NCBI RefSeq assembly: GCF_009914755.1
Contig: NC_060941.1
DNA length: 64,000 nt
Direction: 5' to 3' (one strand)
Source of the DNA: the human T2T-CHM13v2.0 reference genome, Homo sapiens
The notes beneath the pieces are model-generated. The model did not search any database. It was given only the letters and a program-made list of their open reading frames with translations, and was not told where the DNA came from. Below are positions 15,976 to 29,282 of the stretch, in pieces (position 1 is the stretch's first letter; each line of letters begins with the position of its first letter). The position numbers and the translations under genes are program-made.

Positions 15976-17137
15976 CTGGAGAAAAATCATCAATAAGCAG
16001 GTCACGGTCATTTGGTGGAGTTAGAGAAAAGATATCAGCAGAATCTGTACACACTCTCTGCCTCCCTCCAGAAACAAATTCATTTTTTGCTCTGAACTAG
16101 GAACCAGCTTCCTAGCTTAGAACTTTCTGCTTCTCATGGTCACAACTTTTCACACCTTCACGTTTGCAATACTATTTATGTGAGCCGGGAAGCAAGAGCT
16201 TATTACAAGTAACAAGCCCTCAGATGCAGCAACGCTCTGCAACCAGCCACATCACACCAACACGGGTTTCCCTTTTATGTCTGAAACAAAGGGAATTCTG
16301 AGCAAATGTGCTGCTGAATTGCCAGAGAGGCAGGGAAGCAAAGCTGCTAGTAAGAGAAAACATATAATAAGCCCCATCAGCTTAAAGCTACACACACAAA
16401 AAAAACCAAGCTTTTGACATCTTGCTGGGGGCAAACTCACTGATGAGAATTAAGTCAGCTGTAATGCACCGGGAATTGCCCAGAAGACTGTCATTTTATG
16501 CTTATTTAAAAAGTGGCTGGAGGACTGGCTAAGAAAATGGCAATCCAGGAGTGCCTGGGTCAAAGGGCCAGTGGATCCTGGGGTCACCTTGGGTTTCTAA
16601 CAGCCCCCCAAGGGGATGAGAGGAAGCCTCCCCACCAAAAGAAAAGTGGAGAAACAGTGGAAAACTTATTTCTCCTTAGACAGCTCCTTCGAGCTGGCCG
16701 CATGGGCACTGTGTCCTCAGAGCCTGGCTCATGGGCTCCCTGCCTTGTCTTCCCCTTGCACGGCACCTCCGCTGGGTGTCTGGGGCTCTGGGTGTCCCCA
16801 CCACTCCTCCAGTGCCCACAAACAGGCTGATCGCAGCAGCACCTTCCTTATGCGGCCGGATGTTACATCGGAGAGGCTGACTGTCCTGCCTCTGAATCAC
16901 CCAGACCTCTTGTTTCTCCAATTCCCTGCTTTCTGATCAGTCTCTGCTGACCATACGAGTGACCCAGAAGGAAGACGATAAAATGCAAATAACCACTCAT
17001 TTACTATGACCATCTCTGATGATAGATTTGGGAACGGTTGAGAACTTGAACTAAAATGAGATTTCTGGTAGCCGGTTACCTCTAAATCTGCTTACAGAAA
17101 TAATCATGGTTTGTATGCACCACTGCTCACCCCCTCC

Positions 17138-17188
17138 ACACACACATACACACACACACACACACACTCTCTCTCTCTCTCTCTCTCT
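17138..17188. repeat. (CA)n(CT)n compound microsatellite
   Basis: Direct reading. Confidence 0.96.
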
Positions 17189-17646
17189 GAAAAACCAGTT
17201 TACTTCTCAGGTGGCAAGAAAGCAGCTCTGGGCCCACTGCTCAACTTCCCCTCCCACAGGAAATGGCACAGCGCCCCCCGATTTTAATGAAAATCTCAGC
17301 CCTTTATTTCCAAAACCCTCTGGACTGGGAATGCATTTTCTCCCACTTCCCATCCAGATGGAAAGCAAACATAAAATCCACAGGAGAGAGTCTGCCATCA
17401 GCACTTGTGATCAACAGCATTTCGAGGAAGCTTGACTCCCCGTGAGCAGAGCACCAACGTGAAGGCGGGTCTCAGCAGCTCCTGGCTGTCCCAGCTGGGG
17501 CCGGGCCGCCCCCCAGGAGGACTACCAAACTGTATCCCTTGTTACTAGCATATGCAACCGGGATGCCAACCCCCACAGTCTACCTACACAAGTGGGCTTA
17601 CAACACCAAAACTGGTTTGTAGTGTGTTTAAAAAGGAGAAGACTCA

Positions 17647-17664
17647 GGGGCTGGGTGGGAGGGG
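17647..17664 (+). promoter_or_regulatory. G-quadruplex-forming motif with SP/KLF-type G boxes
   Basis: GGGG-CT-GGG-T-GGG-A-GGGG fits G3+N1-7 x4 with short loops. Confidence 0.5.
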
Positions 17665-19245
17665 CGCAGGATTCCAAATGAGCCATCTGGGGAGACAGGT
17701 TTTATCTACAAAGCACCTACGGTTTGCAGACTCAAGTTCTGCTTACAACCTGTTGGGACCCGAGCTTCTCTCTAGAAGGAGAATACAGTGTGTGTGAAGT
17801 TTCCAGGACACCTGGCATGTAATAAGCCCTCAATTAATATGAACTGTGATCATCACCAGAATCATTATTAAACCAAATACTATTCTGGAACTACCTTAGC
17901 AGTGGAAGGAACAGAGAAGGAGAAAGAAAAACGGTCTCAACGTTGCTGTAACAAAACCACAGCCACTCAAATCTAAATAAGTGAATAAAAGCATATCCCA
18001 CAGAATAGAAAAGGACACTTTATAGGTATTGGTGTTACCGCTTTCTCCCTTCCCCATGGGTGACAGCCATCACGGCCCATCATGTCCAGAGAGCCAAGGA
18101 TGCAAATCAGTGGGTGGGAGGTGAGATGAAGGGTTCACAGCCCAGCCAGGTAAGGGCATTGCAATACACATCACCGCCCCACCCTTCCATTTCATAGATG
18201 TGTTCTGTGGTCTCCCGATCCAATCGTAAACCTAATATTTACTCAGTGAAAGCAGTATTTGTGTGCGTTGCCATCTAAAATCCAATAAGTATGGAGACAG
18301 AAAAGAGGCTGTCTGCTTATGAGGCATGAGGGCAAACACAGCGAGCTCTTTAAAGAGCCATTGAGCTAATCAATATCCTCTCCCATTTCCATTCAGGGGC
18401 CCTGAGCCAACGGAGACTTAATAATTATTTTCCATCATTACAACCCTCCGAGAAGCTTACAAAGAAAAGGTCACTGTTTCTAAGTTTGTTCTTCTCTATT
18501 TGCCAAACACAGATTATTTCCTGGGGTCCATGAGGATCTCTTCCCAGACTGTAGCAACCAAAGACAGCCCTCACTAGGCCTCTTGGAGCCGGCTTTAGAA
18601 ACAGGATATTGCTCTGCCCGTGGAAATCACTGTGGTCATCACATTTAGTTGTCTGGCCTCCTGTCCTGACCTTCCCTGCCAAGGTCAAGTTTTGGCCAAC
18701 CCTCCTGTTGGATATTCTTTTTAATTTGTCCAGGTCTCAAAAATAAACACCAACCTCTGTGGTAGGTCAGGCAGGAAGGAAAAGGATGCTGTGGGTTGCT
18801 GGACACCATGACCAGCTCCTTCAACCGAGCTCCTGGACAGCGACCACACAGGCTTCAGCTGAGCCCTTTGTGCCCACATGCACACCACGAAGCCCACCAT
18901 AAATACCCCAAGCTGCCTTCTGCTTGTCCTTTCCTTAGGAAACGTGAACAAACAATAACATAGAAAAATTATGGAAACCATCTTTTCCTTGCATAAAAGT
19001 TGGCTCAAACAACTAGTTAAGATTAGGTTTGATTAGAAGAAATAGAAAACCCTACTGCAGCGACTTACACAGGAAAGGTTTATTTGTCTGGGTCAGCAGA
19101 AGGACCAGGGTCAGCCATCCAGCGGGTACAGTGGCCCCAGCACTGCCGGGGGGGCACCAGGCTACTCTGTCACCTGAGTGATGGCTGTCGCACCCCAAGG
19201 ACCACCCTGCTGTTTCCAGGAGAAGGAAGGGCAAGTAGAAGATGA

Positions 19246-19690
<445 letters not shown>

Positions 19691-19773
19691 AGTAAGTGAT
19701 TCAGTAGGTACCATGGTCTGAAAGTTTGTGTCCTCCCAAAATTAATACAGTGGATTCCTAAGCTCCGAGGTGA

Positions 19774-20924
19774 CAGTCCAGTCTTGTGTGCATGATGACA
19801 TGAAAGTCAACAGTGGGTGACATATAAGACAGTGATTCCACAGGATCATAACAGAGTGAAAGATTCCTATTGCCTAGTGACATCTGGATGATCCTGACCC
19901 TTTGTAGGCCTAGGCTAACATTCGTGCTTATTTTATTTTTTATTTTCTTGAGATGGAGTCTCACTCTGTCACCCAGGCTGGAGTGCAGTGGCGCGATCTG
20001 GCTCACCGCAACCTCTACCTCCCAGGTTCAACTGATTCTCATGCCTCAGCCTCCTGAGTACCTGGGATTACAGGCGCCCGCCACCACACTTGGCTAATTT
20101 TTGTAATTTTAGTAGAGACAAGGTTTTGCCACGTTGGCCAGGCTGGTCTCTAAGTCTTGACCTCAGGTGATCCACCCACCTTGGCCTCCCAAAGTGCTGG
20201 GATTACAGGTGTGAGCCACCACACCCGGCCTAATGTTTGCATTTGTATCTTCATTTTGTACCAAAAAAAAAAAAAAAAAAATTAAGTAAAAAGGAATTTA
20301 AATTTTTTAATAGAAAAAAGCTTACAGAACAAAGATATCAAACAAGAAAATACCTTTGTACAGCTACAGCTTTACAGTGTGTTTTAAGCTAAGTGTTATT
20401 ACAAAAGAGTCAAAACGTTTTTACAAGCTGATAAGGTAAAAATGTTACAGTAAGTTAAGGCCAATGTATTATTGTAGAAAAATATTTTGATTGCTTTAGT
20501 GTAGCTTAAGTATACAGTGTTTACAAAGTCTACGGTAGTGTATAGTAATGTCCTAGGCCTTCACATTCACTCACCACTCACTCACTGACTCACTGACTCA
20601 CCCAGAGCAACTTCCAGCCCTGCAAGCTCCATTCATGATGAGTGCCCTAGACAGGTGTACTACCTCTTATCTTTTATACCATGTTTTTACTGCACCTCTT
20701 CTATGTTCAGATACACAAATACTTGTCATTGTGTTACAGTTGTCCACAGCATTCAACACAGTAACATACTATACAGGTTTGTAGCCTCGGAGCAATAGGC
20801 TACACCCTACAGCCTATGTGTGCAGTAGGCTATCCCATCTTTGTTTGGGTAAGTACACTCTATGATGTTTGAACAATGAGACATTTCTCAGCATGTATCC
20901 CCACCGTTGAGTAATGCATGACTT
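19774..20924. mobile_element. Tigger3/Golem-family internally deleted DNA transposon
   Basis: CAGTC / GCATGACT termini; TCCTAGGCCTTCACATTCACTCACCACTCAC; GTAGCCTCGGAGCAATAGGCTA. Confidence 0.88.
19928..20230 (-). mobile_element. AluSx-like in Tigger3
   Basis: Full antisense dimer. Confidence 0.96.
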
Positions 20925-20990
20925 TATTAGAAGGTAGGGCCTTTGGGAGATGATTAGGTCCAGGGTTAGTGCCCTTATAAAGAGGTCCTA

Positions 20991-21304
<314 letters not shown>

Positions 21305-21720
21305 ATAAAGAGGTCTTAGAGAGCTGCCTCGCCCCTTCCACCATGTAAGGACACAGTGAGAAGGTGCCCTCTATGAACCAGAAAGTGAGCTTTTCACAGA
21401 CACAAATCTGCTGCTGCCTTGACCTTGGACTTCCCAGCCTCCAGACCTGTGAGAAATAAATGTCTGTTGTCTATAAGCTACCCACTTTATACTATTTTGT
21501 TATAGCAGCCCAAATGGACTAAGACAGTAGGGTATCAGTTCAGCTGCTGTAACAAAGATAGAAAGCGAACAATGACTAAAGTACAATAGACCATTATTTC
21601 TTAGCCAGTATTATTTCTTAGGTAAAAGTCCTGGTAGTAAGGCTACAGCAGGTATGGTGTATAGAGCAGGTATCAAGAAGGACTGAGGCTTTGAGAAAAC
21701 AAGAATGAAAATGGCAGATA

Positions 21721-22036
<316 letters not shown>

Positions 22037-22399
22037 TTAGCATTCTTATGAAAATTAATATTTGAATTTTTAAATTATTATTATTATTTTAACCTCTCAG
22101 CTCCCTTGAAAGGATCTTGAGGAAACTCTAGGCAGTCCCCCAAACACACTTTGAGAACTACCACTTTAAGATCACACCTCTTTAATAAATGAACAAAAGG
22201 ATAAAGACATGGCAAACAACAACTCAGTCCCTAGGTCTCACACTCACCCTCCATTCCAATTTTCCACTTAAAAAGAAAAAGAGTGATAACTGAGATGTTA
22301 GAGAAAGTATGAATCATCAATGGGCAACAACCACTGCTGGGAAAATGACACCGAGGGGGAAAATCCTCATTTGCAGAAAGGCACAGAAATGTCTCTGTT

Positions 22400-22724
<325 letters not shown>

Positions 22725-22766
22725 TCAGGATTATATATTGTAACCAATGTTACAAAGGGACAGGAG

Positions 22767-23303
22767 TGGTGGGAATTTCTAACATGGTGCCCCCAAAGAT
22801 GTTTTGCCCTTATCCCCAGGACCTATGACTATGACACGCCATCAGTACCATGCTGTGGTGTGTTGTGAGTCACAGCTTGCGTTAGGATAAGATTACCCGG
22901 TTGGGCCTGACCTAGTCCCAGGAGCCCTGAAAAGCAGAAAGCTGTGTCCAGTGAAGGCAGAAAGGGAAGTCAGAGAGATTCGAAAGTGAGAAAGTGCCTG
23001 AGCCATGACTGGCTGAAGAAGCAGGGAGCCACATGGGAAGGAATGTGGACGGCCCCAAGGAGTGGAGAGAGGCCCTGGCTAATAGCCAGAAAGGACATGG
23101 GGCCTCACTCCCGCAGCCCTGCTGTATCCTGCCAGCAGACAGGAGCTTGGAAGGGACTCCGAAATCCAGATGAGAACACGACCGGCTGACCCACCCACGT
23201 GCTCCCAACCCTCTGACCTATGGAGTTTTGAGCTAACAAAGGGTGCTGTTTAAAGCTGTTAGACTTATAATCATTTGTACACAGCAAGAGAAAACTAAAA
23301 TAC
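22767..23303 (+). mobile_element. MLT1E-like MaLR LTR
   Basis: GAAGTCAGAGAGATTCGAA, CCAGATGAGAACAC and 3' end ACAGCAAGAGAAAACTAA. Confidence 0.78.
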
Positions 23304-24019
23304 CAGGGCAGGAAAAGGAGCGTGTCCCCAGGCCCTAGTTCATGCAGATAAAACCTGTCTTGGATATCAGAGGCAAGGGGAGAACACCCCCACCCCTGGT
23401 GAGATACACCAGGGACAAGTTTAGATGAACCACCTGAAAAAGCATCAGAGAAAGTGAAAGAGCAAAGAGCAGAGAGAGGGACTAGGGACATGTGGGAAAG
23501 AACCATGAAGTGCTAGCACCTTCCATAAAACACACAAACAAAGGGCTGGAACAGAAACACCCCCACACAGCAACAATGAGTTTGGGGAAACGGTAGTGAT
23601 ATTATCCAAAGGGTAACGGCTCCCAAAGTGAATGAATGCTTCCTATTCAATAAAGCAGTAAAGTACCGAGGTGGCCTGGAGAGCACGGCCAGCCACCAGC
23701 TGCCTGGGAGAGCGAAGGTGCCCAGGAGACCGACTGCATCGGCACCTGTTCCCAGGAGCCTCTCCCACCCACAAAGCCACAGGAATAGCAACCAGCAGTG
23801 AGTCACCGGGTCACCAGAGAAAAACCAGCAAAATGTCAGTCTCCGAGCAAGCTTCTCTATCATTGGATTCCTAGCCAGGGTGGTCGTTGAGAATCTTCCA
23901 GGCCGTCCTCCAGCCTGCGAACGCAGGGGAAGTACGGGGAGGTTCTAGTGAGAATCTGGGCTGTCGTCTGGGCCCCATTTGTAAACCCCAAACCACAGCC
24001 CTCTTCCCTGCCCTTAGGC

Positions 24020-24620
24020 GTTCCCTGCCTTCCTCTTCCTCTTCCTTCCTTCCTTCCTCTTTCCCTTCTTTCCTCCCTTGCTCCCTCCCTCCCTTCATCA
24101 GATATTTACCGAGCATTGTTCCCTGTGAGTCACTGTGCTGGTGTTGGCGACACGGCCAAGAACAAGCCTAACAAAGTCCCTGTCCTCAAGGAGCCTACAT
24201 TGTGGTGGGGAAACCGATGATAAAGAAGTAAAAAATATACAAACGAACAAACTGGATAAGGAAGGTTGCTGACAAGTTCTAGGAAGGAAATAAACAGAGA
24301 AAGCCACGCACATTGTGGGGGGTCAGGGAGGAGCTTGGGAGGAGACATTTGCACTGAGGCAGCCACGCACAGAGCTTCGGGAACTCTGTTTCAGAGAAAA
24401 GGAATAGCAGATGCAAAGGCCGGGAGGTGGGACAGGGCTTGGGGAGCTTCTAAGAAGGGGGTGGGGAGACTGTGGGGAGCATGGAAGTGGAGGTGAGGGA
24501 GTAAGGGGGACCAGTCAGGAGGCCAGGTTCTGGGACAGAGACAGTAATGCCTTAGGCTGGGGTGGAAAGGAGTGGACAGGATGGGTCCACAAGACCTTTT
24601 TGGAAAGGTGCCAACAGCAC
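24020..24620 (-). mobile_element. L2 3' region with (CCTT)-rich expanded tail
   Basis: ATATTTACCGAGCA, AAAGTCCCTGTCCTCAAGGAGCCTACA typical of antisense L2. Confidence 0.75.
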
Positions 24621-24819
24621 TTGTTCATGAGAACGAAAGGAAACAACAAATCATCTCTGTTATCATTGAACACTTAGGGCACGCCAACTCTGGTAAGGCC
24701 CTGCCTTCAGCCCTGGGATACAAAGAAGGATGAGGTCTGGGTCTTGCTTTCAATGAGGTGACTGACTAGCCAGAAACATAATTTTACAAAGATAAAAAAG
24801 AAGGCCCTTGCTCTGGGGC

Positions 24820-25201
24820 TGACATGGTTAGGTTTTGTGTCTCCACCCAAATCTCATCTTGAATTGTAAACCCCATAATCACCACGTGTCAAGGGAGAGA
24901 CCACGCGGAGGCAACTGAATCATGGGGGCAGTTTCCCCCATGCTGTTCTCGTGATAGTGAGTGAGTTCTCACGAGATCTGATGGTTTTATAAGGGGCTCC
25001 TCCCCCTTCGCTTGCCACTTCTCCTTCCTGCCGCCTTGTGAAGAAGCTACTTTTTCCCCTTCACCTTCCGCCATTATTGTAACTTTCCTGAGGGCTCCCC
25101 AGCCACGCAGAACTGTGAGTCAATTAAACCTCCTTCCTTTATAAATTACCCAGTCTTGGGCAGTTCTTTATAATGGTCTGAAAACAGACTAGACTAATAC
25201 A
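24820..25201 (+). mobile_element. THE1D-like solo LTR
   Basis: CCACCCAAATCTCATCTTGAATTGT start, GACTAATACA end; exact TSD GGGGC. Confidence 0.93.
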
Positions 25202-25672
25202 GGGGCTATGTAAGTGAGACAGATAATTCTCACTCCAGTTATGCTGAGAGGAACCTGGACTCCGAGAGCACATCTGATCCATGGAAATACTGTCTGTCTT
25301 CACCTGTCTTGAGAAGCAGAGCAGGCAATGGGATGAGGGACGGATAGAGACATTCCCAAACATTACTGGTGAAAGTGTAAATCAGTACAAGCTCAGGAGA
25401 GGGCAACTTGAGAATTTCTAGAAAAGGGAAAATTTGGGTCCTGATGTGTGAAGCGCCACAGAAAATCGAGCCAGTTCAGGCCCCTGCCTTGTCCCTACCC
25501 AGCTGAGCTGCAAGGAGGCTGCTCTGCAGAGCTCACACTAACCCACCTCCCTCCAACACAGGACCCCAAAACAAATCTTGCCTCTAACAGGTAGCATGCT
25601 GGAAAACCAAGACCTCAGATGATGCAGCTGGCAGAGTCTCAAACCTATGCTACTGCCCAAGGTAGATGGAGG

Positions 25673-25806
25673 CAAAGCAGCATGCCCTCCTCCCATAACC
25701 TGCTCCCCAAAGCGGCAAGCACCCCTCCCATGACTTGCTCCCCAAAGCAGCACACCCACTTCCCATGACCTCCCCAAAATGGTGCATCCTTCTCCCACGA
25801 CTTGCT
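25673..25806. repeat. 35-bp C-rich minisatellite, ~3.8 diverged copies
   Basis: Units start 25673, 25708, 25743, 25775 (CAAAGCrGCA...CTCCCATGACyTGCTCCC). Confidence 0.85.
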
Positions 25807-26549
25807 GCTGGATCCACTGATTCCTACACCAGCTCTCCAGCTGGGACAGCCACCCTTCCTGTCCCCAGCCACCCTGCTCTGTTAAGACCATGACATCCTA
25901 TTTGCATCTATAACTCCCACCAACAATAGCGGGACCCAGGTGCTTATTTATGAAGATATTACTGTACATGTACAAATCTCAAAGAATCATCTAAAGAACG
26001 ATTATTAACAAAAAAAGGTATTTTGTTTGGTGGCTCAAGACAAAATTAGTGGTGGCTCAAGACAAAATCAATAGCTTTTCTATGCAAAAACAACGGCCAG
26101 ATGGAATATGTCATGAAATAGGAGACCCCGTCTGTAATACTCATAAAAGGAAATGAAATACCCAGGAATACATTCAACCCTAAACATGAAAAGTCCTTAT
26201 GAAGAAAACTTAAAATGCTACTGGGAGACGCGATGAGTAGCCTGGATAGATGGAGTGGTGAGCTTTGTTCTTAGGCAGAAACGCTCATCGTCATAAACCT
26301 GTCATTTCTGCCTACGTTAATGTAGAAATTTGAAACAAAGCTTGTAAAAAAAAATACCTAGACGATGTTCTTGAAATTCACAAGCTGATGCTAAAGTTCA
26401 CATGGGAAAATATGCTGTAAGAATAACCAAGAAACTTTTGAAAAGGAACGTAATACAAGTAATACAGAAGACGAATAGATGATAAGACGTGAAGTTGCAG
26501 CAACTGAAACAGAATAGTACCTGAAGAGGCAGAGCTGAAAAGATTAAAG

Positions 26550-27185
26550 CGGCACCATATAATAAAAATAGAATGTGAGGCTGGGCACGGTGGCTCATGC
26601 CTGTAATCCCGACACTTTGGGAGGCTGAGGCGGGTGGATCAAAGAGGTCAGGAGTTTGAGACCAGCCTGGCCAAGATGGTGAAACCCCGTCTCTACTAAA
26701 AATACAAAAATTAGCCAGGCATGATGGTGGGTGCCTATAATCCCAGCCACTATGGAGGCTGAGGCAGAGAATTACTTGAACCTAGAAGGCAGAGGTTATA
26801 GTGAGCTGAGATCATGCCACTGCATTCCAGCCTGGGTGACAGAGGGAGACTCCATCTCAAAAAAAAAAAAAAAATAGAATGTGAGCTACAAATATAACAT
26901 TAAATTTTCTGGTAGGCACAATCACCAAGGGGAAGGAAACAGGTGAAATTAATTGTAATAACATATTTTATTTTATCCAAATATATCCAAAATAGTTTCA
27001 CTTCAATAAGGTAAGCAATATAAAAATTGGTAATGAGATATTTTATACATATATATTTTTAGTAAGTCTTCAAAATCCACTGTGTATTTTTTATTTATAG
27101 CCCATCTCAATCTGGACTAGTCACACTTCAAGCACTCAATACACACATATGGCTGGCTAAATGGCTAGTTTATTATTCACCTTAG
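26550..27185 (+). mobile_element. MER33 (hAT-Charlie) split by Alu
   Basis: GAAACAGGTGAAATTAATT, CCATCTCAATCTGGACTAG. Confidence 0.85.
26579..26869 (+). mobile_element. AluSx-like
   Basis: TSD AAAAATAGAATGTGA(G). Confidence 0.96.
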
Positions 27186-27796
27186 GACTACAAAAATCCA
27201 GAAGCAAATACGTAAATACATCTTCTGATTTAGTAAATTTTATAGCTGGCATTTACATTAACGGAGAAAAGATGGATTATTCAACAAATGGTATCAAGAC
27301 TTCTGAGAGCCATCTGGAAATACATACATTTTAATCTCTATCTCACTTTTTATACCAAAATAGATTATTTTAATCCCTATCTCACTTTGTATACCAAAAT
27401 AGATTCTGGATGAATTAAATATTTAAATGCAAAAAAAAAAAAAAAAGGAAACCAAGTTGTAGAAAAAAATAGGTATTTTTAATCCTCTTGGAATGAGGAA
27501 GACTTTACTAAGTATGAATCAAAAAAGACTAAGTTCAAAGAGGTACAAATTAAATAAAAATCTACATGGTTGGAAGCACCATAAACAGACTCACAAGTGA
27601 CCAACTGAGAAAAGAATTATAATAATATTGCAGATAATTTTCTGAATACACAAGGAGCTCCAAAATAATGAGTTAGGAAAGACAACCATGGAACAGAAAA
27701 GTAAGAGAAAGACACAGACACTTCACAGAAAGGGAAATACAAACAGCTTTGAAACACGTGGAAAGATGCTAAGCTGACTAATAAGACAAAGCTGTA

Positions 27797-27916
27797 GGCC
27801 GGAGCAGTGGCACACATCTGTAATCCCAGCCACTTGGGAGGCCAAGGCAAGAGGATTGCTTGAGGCCAGGAGTTTGAGACCAGCCTGGGCAGCATGGTGA
27901 GACTCCATCTCTAAAA
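27797..27916 (+). mobile_element. FLAM_C-like Alu monomer
   Basis: Single left monomer, GAGGATTGCTTGAGGCCAGGAGTT. Confidence 0.88.
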
Positions 27917-28187
27917 TTTTTTTTTTTTTTAAACAAAGAAGACTCCATGAAATACCATTTTTTACCTATTCCTATTAACAAAAAATCAAAAATTTTACTA
28001 AAACCCTATAGGGATGGGGTATGGATAAAGACATTCTCAAACATTGCTGGTAAAAGTATAAATCAGTATAAGCTCAAGGAAGGGCAACTTGAGAATTTCT
28101 GTAAAAGGGAAAATTCACAAATATCCACTGTATAATCCCACTTTCAGAAACTTAGTTTTATAGATATGTTCACATGGACTCAAATAC

Positions 28188-28818
28188 AGACGGTAGCTAC
28201 TTTCTATCTGATGTGGTCCAAACTGGTCATTAATAGGTTAATTTTAAACATGGAAAATGGGAAGAATCTCCCCCCAAAAGTAATTTTAATTTCAAGCAAA
28301 TAAATGTGCATTCACTTGCAAATCTTATGATGTAAATCAGAGGCCTCTTTCGTCCATATCGGTCAACTGATAAAAGTTCTGTTTCGTCTATTTTGCAAAA
28401 ACCTTGTTCGTAATACTTCATTTACAATCTTCAGATTTTGTTTCTTTAAAGTGGTGGAAAGACTTAAAGACACCTGGGGAGAAATCTGGAAATAGAATCT
28501 CCATTTTTCTAATTCGTTGCCAAGTCTTTTTTTTTTTTAACAGCTGTCTCTACTATGCCTTATTTGACAGAAATTTGGTGATTCAATGTTAGCAAATCTC
28601 TTCAAATCTGAACTTTCATTAAAATTACATAACATTTGATGAAATCAAATGATGGCAGCAAGTGCAGCTAAAATAAATAGTTGGATTAATGAACAACTAA
28701 CTCAGGTTGCACTGACGACAGGGCTGCAAGTGTTTGGAGTATAATGGGCAGCAGAAACACAGAGTGTCTATTATCCATGCATCTCCATCCAGGCAAGGTC
28801 AACTCAGAGAACGTCTAT
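28188..28818 (-). mobile_element. TcMar-Tigger internally deleted element with CENP-B-type HTH remnant
   Basis: Interrupts L1ME at a TA; minus-strand translation LKKQNLKIVNEVLRTRFLQNRRNRTFIS*PIWTKEA resembles the Tigger/CENP-B HTH motif (ALxxWFxxxRxxxxPISGPxLxEKA). Confidence 0.7.
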
Positions 28819-28950
28819 TAAATATCCACCAGGATATTCACTGCATCACTGTTCCTAAGAGTAAAGGACATGAAACAATCAAAATGCCCCTCAACAGGGA
28901 ACTGATTAGATAACTCACAGTACCTTCATTTGATGGAATAGTACCCAGGG

Positions 28951-29282
28951 TGTTTTTTGTTGTTGTTTTTTGTTTGTTTATTTGTTTTTGTTTTTTTTTT
29001 TGAGACCAAGTCTCACTCTGTAGCCCAGGCTGGGGTGCAGTGCCGCGATCTCAGCTCACTGCAGCCTCCACCTCCCAGGTTCAAGCGATTCTCCTGTCTC
29101 AGCCTCCTGAGGAGCTGGGATTACAGGCAAGCGCCACCACAACCAGCTAATTTTGTATTTTTAGTAGAGACGAGGTTTCACCATGTTGGCCAGGCTGGTC
29201 TCAAGCTCCTGACCTCAAGTGAACCACCTGCCTCGGCCTCCCGAAGTGCTGGGATTACAGGTATGAGCCACTGTGCCCAGCC
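28951..29282 (-). mobile_element. AluSx/Sz-like
   Basis: Full antisense dimer with (TTG)n/(TTTG)n tail. Confidence 0.96.

Noticed and set aside
25673-25806. CRISPR-like repeat array
   Set aside because: Contiguous degenerate tandem units without unique spacers, no cas genes, primate context
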